Source of the DNA: Orbicella franksi
Lineage: Eukaryota
Assembly: GCA_964199315.1 (NCBI GenBank)
Contig: OZ116700.1
Coordinates: forward strand, 15,934,001-15,998,000
Reading direction: 5' to 3'
DNA: 64,000 nt
Part shown: piece by piece, positions 60,578 to 64,000 of the stretch
How positions within the stretch are numbered: the stretch's first letter is position 1
Layout of the letters: each line of letters starts with the position of its first letter
Program-made: the position numbers and the translations under genes
Notes under the pieces: model-generated
Told to the model about the DNA's origin: nothing
Seen by the model: only the letters and a program-made list of their open reading frames with translations
Database searches by the model: none

Positions 60578-62454
60578 CTCTTGTTTTTCGTATTTGCTTG
60601 GGGGGATGCATTGCCTTGCATGCATTGGTGGCGGTTAAGCCTGTGCAGCGACTTCCCCTAAGCGTCTTGGCTACATTGCCTATGAATATTGCCCGCTACC
60701 AATACTCTTGTCCGATCCAGCACGTGCTGTCTTGCAGTGAGCTCGTAGTGCTGGGGAGATAAGTGAGGTTCTTGTTTCACGCAATCTCCGGAAGTCACAC
60801 AGGCTTACCTAACGCAAGGCAGTGCTCCCCCATTAACGCTAACTTGGGGCATTGTTTGTTTTAATTAGTAATTTGTGTGATAACCAAACAACAAGTCACA
60901 ATTAGATTATTTTGAAAGGAACAGTTACATTAAATGCAATTTTACTGTCACGTCAGTAAATATAGATAATGGAACGTGACGTTCATAATCAGTAAGCCTT
61001 TCATGGCGGCGTTGTTTTCAATTAAGCTATTGTGTAGGCTAGCTCCCAAGGCCAAGCAGACTCTGAGATACATTGTATTCTAGCTCAAACATTATGGCTT
61101 GTTACCTCTAGCATATTATAACGATCGATAGCATTGGCCAAAAATATTAAAGCACTATTCATGGCTAAGAGTATACACGTGTAATGCTAAGCTGTCCGGT
61201 AGTACAGCTCTTTCTACTGGCCTTCCCAGCAGACAAGCGTCTAGCTATAAAAGCTCAAACAAACTGTTCACAGTTCACTTTGGTGTTCTGTTGTACAGCG
61301 CAGTTAGCACTTGCTATACTATTGTTAAAAATTTTCCCTCCCTCCCTCCCTTTGGAGAAGAGGTTGGTTTGCTATTTCTTATTCTAATAAACTTGGGTCA
61401 CTCCTGTGTGGTGCGGTTAAGTCTGCGCAGCGACTTCCCCCAAACGTCTTGGCTACGTTGCCTATGAATATCGCCCGCTACCAATACTCTTGTCCGATCC
61501 AGCACGTGCTGTCTTGCAGTCAGCTCGTAGTGCTGGGGAGATAAGTGAGGTTCTTGTTTCACGCCATCTCCGGAAGTTGCACAGGCTTACCTAACGCAAG
61601 GCAGTGCTCCCCCATTAACGCCAACTTGGGGCATTGTTTGTTTTAATTAGTAATTTGCGTGATAACCAAACAACAAGTCACGATTAGATTATTTTGAAAG
61701 GAACAGTTACATTAAATATTGATTATAAAATTTTGACTAAAGCTTTGGCAAAAAGAATAGAAAAATACCTACCAAAATTAATTGATTCAGATCAAACCAG
61801 ATTTGTTAAGGGAAGGTATATAGGCCAGAACATAAGACTTTTAAGTGATATAATGGAATATCTAAATGCTAAAAGACCTCGGGACTTCTCCTTTTTATAG
61901 ACTTCGAGAAGGCTTTTGATAGCCTTGAATGGGATCTTACTGCTAAAGCCTTGAATGTTTTCAATTTTGGCCCAAATGTCAAAAGATGGATATCAATCTT
62001 TTATCATGGTGTACAAAGCGCAGTTATAAATGGTGGATTTTTGTCAATCATATAAAAGTATGCAAGTCAAAATTGCCTAAACAGTCATAATGCAATGCAA
62101 CCAGCTTACAATTTAAATCCATGACAAGAGTTTTCTCTGCTTTCCCATTTTGACCTGCCTTCAATCTTTACAATTACATGGTTCTGTGACAGGGTAATAC
62201 AAAGGGGTTATGATAAACAGCATCTCTTTGCTCAAATAAAATCACTGTCCTGGATGAAAACAACATTGCTACTTTAATATATGGTACTGATTCAATAAAA
62301 CCACCTTGGAAGTGATCATTCAAATTCCTTTTTTTTCCTGGCATTAATTGTACATATAAGTTTGCCTGTGCTGCTCAAAATGCAAGCTGTTCAGGTATGT
62401 AACTATTATGAAGTACCAAATGTTCACTAAACACTAATGATAGGATCTTGGAAA

Positions 62455-64000
62455 TTACAAAGCATAGCACACACACCACATTTGATTTACTATTCCAAAC
62501 TGGCTTAATGGCATAACCCCCTCAAATATTAAAACGTTCTTTACTTTGTTGATGGACCTTTCAACATGGATACGCAAACTTGCAATTTCCTGTGTTTTGG
62601 TAACACCTTCAGCAGACATTTGATCAGACATTCCAAGGAATGGGGGGATATTAAGGGTCACTCCAAGGGGAAGCACATCCTCAATTGTAAAACCCTTGTC
62701 GGCTATTACACAGTCTCCATTTTCAAAGGGTAGTTTCAAAAAACCACTGCGTTCCACTATTTCTTTATCAGATATACTGCCAGTGCATAGCTGTCCAATG
62801 AATGTTATTGACCCTTTAGGGGAAATTCCAATCAGTCCTTTCAGAGTGGTGTGACTCTTGTACAAGCTAAATAGCTCACTGTTCAACAAAAGGCTGCTTA
62901 GCATGTGGCACCGCACCTCTGTGCAGTCATTTATCACTCTTGTACTGGGGTACTTCTCTTTAAAGGCCTCAGGCATAGAATCATCCACAGATTTTCTGGA
63001 GGGCCAGATATTGATCTGGCCAAGTTTCAAATACATAAAATTAATCCAAGAAATAAATATGCTACTTACAGTAGACTGTGATACTTTAAACAAGTGTGCA
63101 AGATGAACCTCAGCAAAACCTTGCCTCAGTCTGCACATTGCCAGGAAAAATTCTTCTAGAGGTAACAAAGTCCTTGGCCTTCCTTGCTTAACTAAGTTAC
63201 CAACTGCAGCCTTTTGGGAATCTTCTTGGCCTGACAACCAGTATTTAATATTTTTTCCATTGACACCTGGATTTAAATACTCATATAGAGCCATCATTGT
63301 CTGCACATTTGGAAACCCAGTATAAAATGTTAACAATGAGTCATCTGTTTTGATGTTCTCAAATGAAAACACGTGTTTTTCGAGTTTATCACATTTCTGC
63401 TCAAAAAGATCAATGTTTTGCTTTAAAGATGACACCTCCAATTCTAATTTTTCTTTTATTTCAATAGTTTCAGCTAACAGTTTCTCCAGTCGTGTAATTT
63501 CTTGATTTTCTTTGGACTGTAAATCATTTACAGCTGATGGAAATTCTTCCATTTCCGGAGCGAGGTGACTTTCTGTGCTTGTCGTAAGGACATGTAAGTT
63601 GGATGATTCCTCCACAATTTCCCTCGAACAGGAAGCCTCAACAACTTCAGCGATAGTTTTGCTTACCTTCCGTGACACAGAAGTGGCCGTACTGGAGATA
63701 CGAGGCGTTGGAGGCGGTCGCTTGTGAGGTGAGCTTCGTTTCCAAGTGAAAACAGAAGGAACAGCCCCTTGTCTTAATGAAATCACGCCATCTAAGCTCT
63801 TCTTCAAATCATCCAGCTTAAAGTGCCATGAGCATACCTTTGTTGTACTTGATATCTGAAAATCTTTCCCCTCATCTCTCCGAATAGCATGTATCCACTG
63901 CTTTCGTGTTTTTTCTTGCGTTGGAAATTTAAAGTAAGATACCTTCTCTCTGGTCTCTTCTTCACAATATCCTTTCCTAGTGCAAAGTGGAACACAGCAA
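62455..64000 (-). CDS. THAP-domain ISL2EU/PIF-Harbinger-type transposase (5' end off-window)
   Basis: CCVPLC...KFP...QW...VCSWHF THAP, then LEEFFLAMCRLRQG HTH and the DDE core DCTE, IADKGF, RIHVER. The frame is open until a shift near 62465. Confidence 0.88.
   Translation of the reverse strand, partial: CCVPLCTRKGYCEEETREKVSYFKFPTQEKTRKQWIHAIRRDEGKDFQISSTTKVCSWHFKLDDLKKSLDGVISLRQGAVPSVFTWKRSSPHKRPPPTPRISSTATSVSRKVSKTIAEVVEASCSREIVEESSNLHVLTTSTESHLAPEMEEFPSAVNDLQSKENQEITRLEKLLAETIEIKEKLELEVSSLKQNIDLFEQKCDKLEKHVFSFENIKTDDSLLTFYTGFPNVQTMMALYEYLNPGVNGKNIKYWLSGQEDSQKAAVGNLVKQGRPRTLLPLEEFFLAMCRLRQGFAEVHLAHLFKVSQSTVSSIFISWINFMYLKLGQINIWPSRKSVDDSMPEAFKEKYPSTRVINDCTEVRCHMLSSLLLNSELFSLYKSHTTLKGLIGISPKGSITFIGQLCTGSISDKEIVERSGFLKLPFENGDCVIADKGFTIEDVLPLGVTLNIPPFLGMSDQMSAEGVTKTQEIASLRIHVERSINKVKNVLIFEGVMPLSQFGIVNQMWCVCYAL

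Larger units (their letters stand above)
49009..61717 (+). mobile_element. Ngaro-type tyrosine-recombinase retrotransposon with split direct repeats
   Basis: A1 (49009-49179 plus 56945-57173), ORFs, B1 (about 60629-60935), A2 (60936-61334), B2 (about 61408-61717). Order is gag-like, RT/RNase H, YR, with no methyltransferase domain seen. Confidence 0.9.
48811..62046 (+). pseudogene. L1/Tx1-type RT fragment in two pieces (48811-49008 and 61718-62046)
   Basis: GEDGFTKEFY...QRRGIITLIPK...NWRPISLLN joins exactly to IDYKILTKALAKR...IDFEKAFD once the intervening element is removed. Confidence 0.9.

Overview
AT-rich, intron-containing animal DNA. The repeat content resembles a cnidarian such as a stony coral (inference). 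Almost the whole window is a nest of transposable elements and no ordinary host gene is recognisable. Layout: (1) 397-20168, a Kolobok-type DNA transposon (TTAA duplications, 14-bp TIRs). It hosts an 11.4-kb unclassified TIR element (4636-15996; CAG..CTG ends, 5-bp TSD) that carries a spliced DDE transposase with a RAG1-N-terminal-like zinc domain plus HIRAN-like, MADS-box-like and unknown genes, two nested MITE-sized elements, and nearby a CR1/L2 fragment. (2) 24053-29699, a fully open five-exon gene (about 1331 aa) for a Transib/RAG1-CMC-clan transposase, followed by a Ginger2 element (integrase-OTU-F-box), a Penelope fragment and a truncated kinase exon. (3) From 37670, a second Kolobok-type transposase with an MBD-like first exon, split by a Gypsy element whose integrase region is inverted. 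Then an L1/Tx1 fragment split by an Ngaro tyrosine-recombinase retrotransposon, which is split by a Ginger-type element, which is split by a BEL/Pao element. A THAP-ISL2EU/Harbinger transposase runs off the right edge. All domain calls come from motif recognition by eye; no database search was run.
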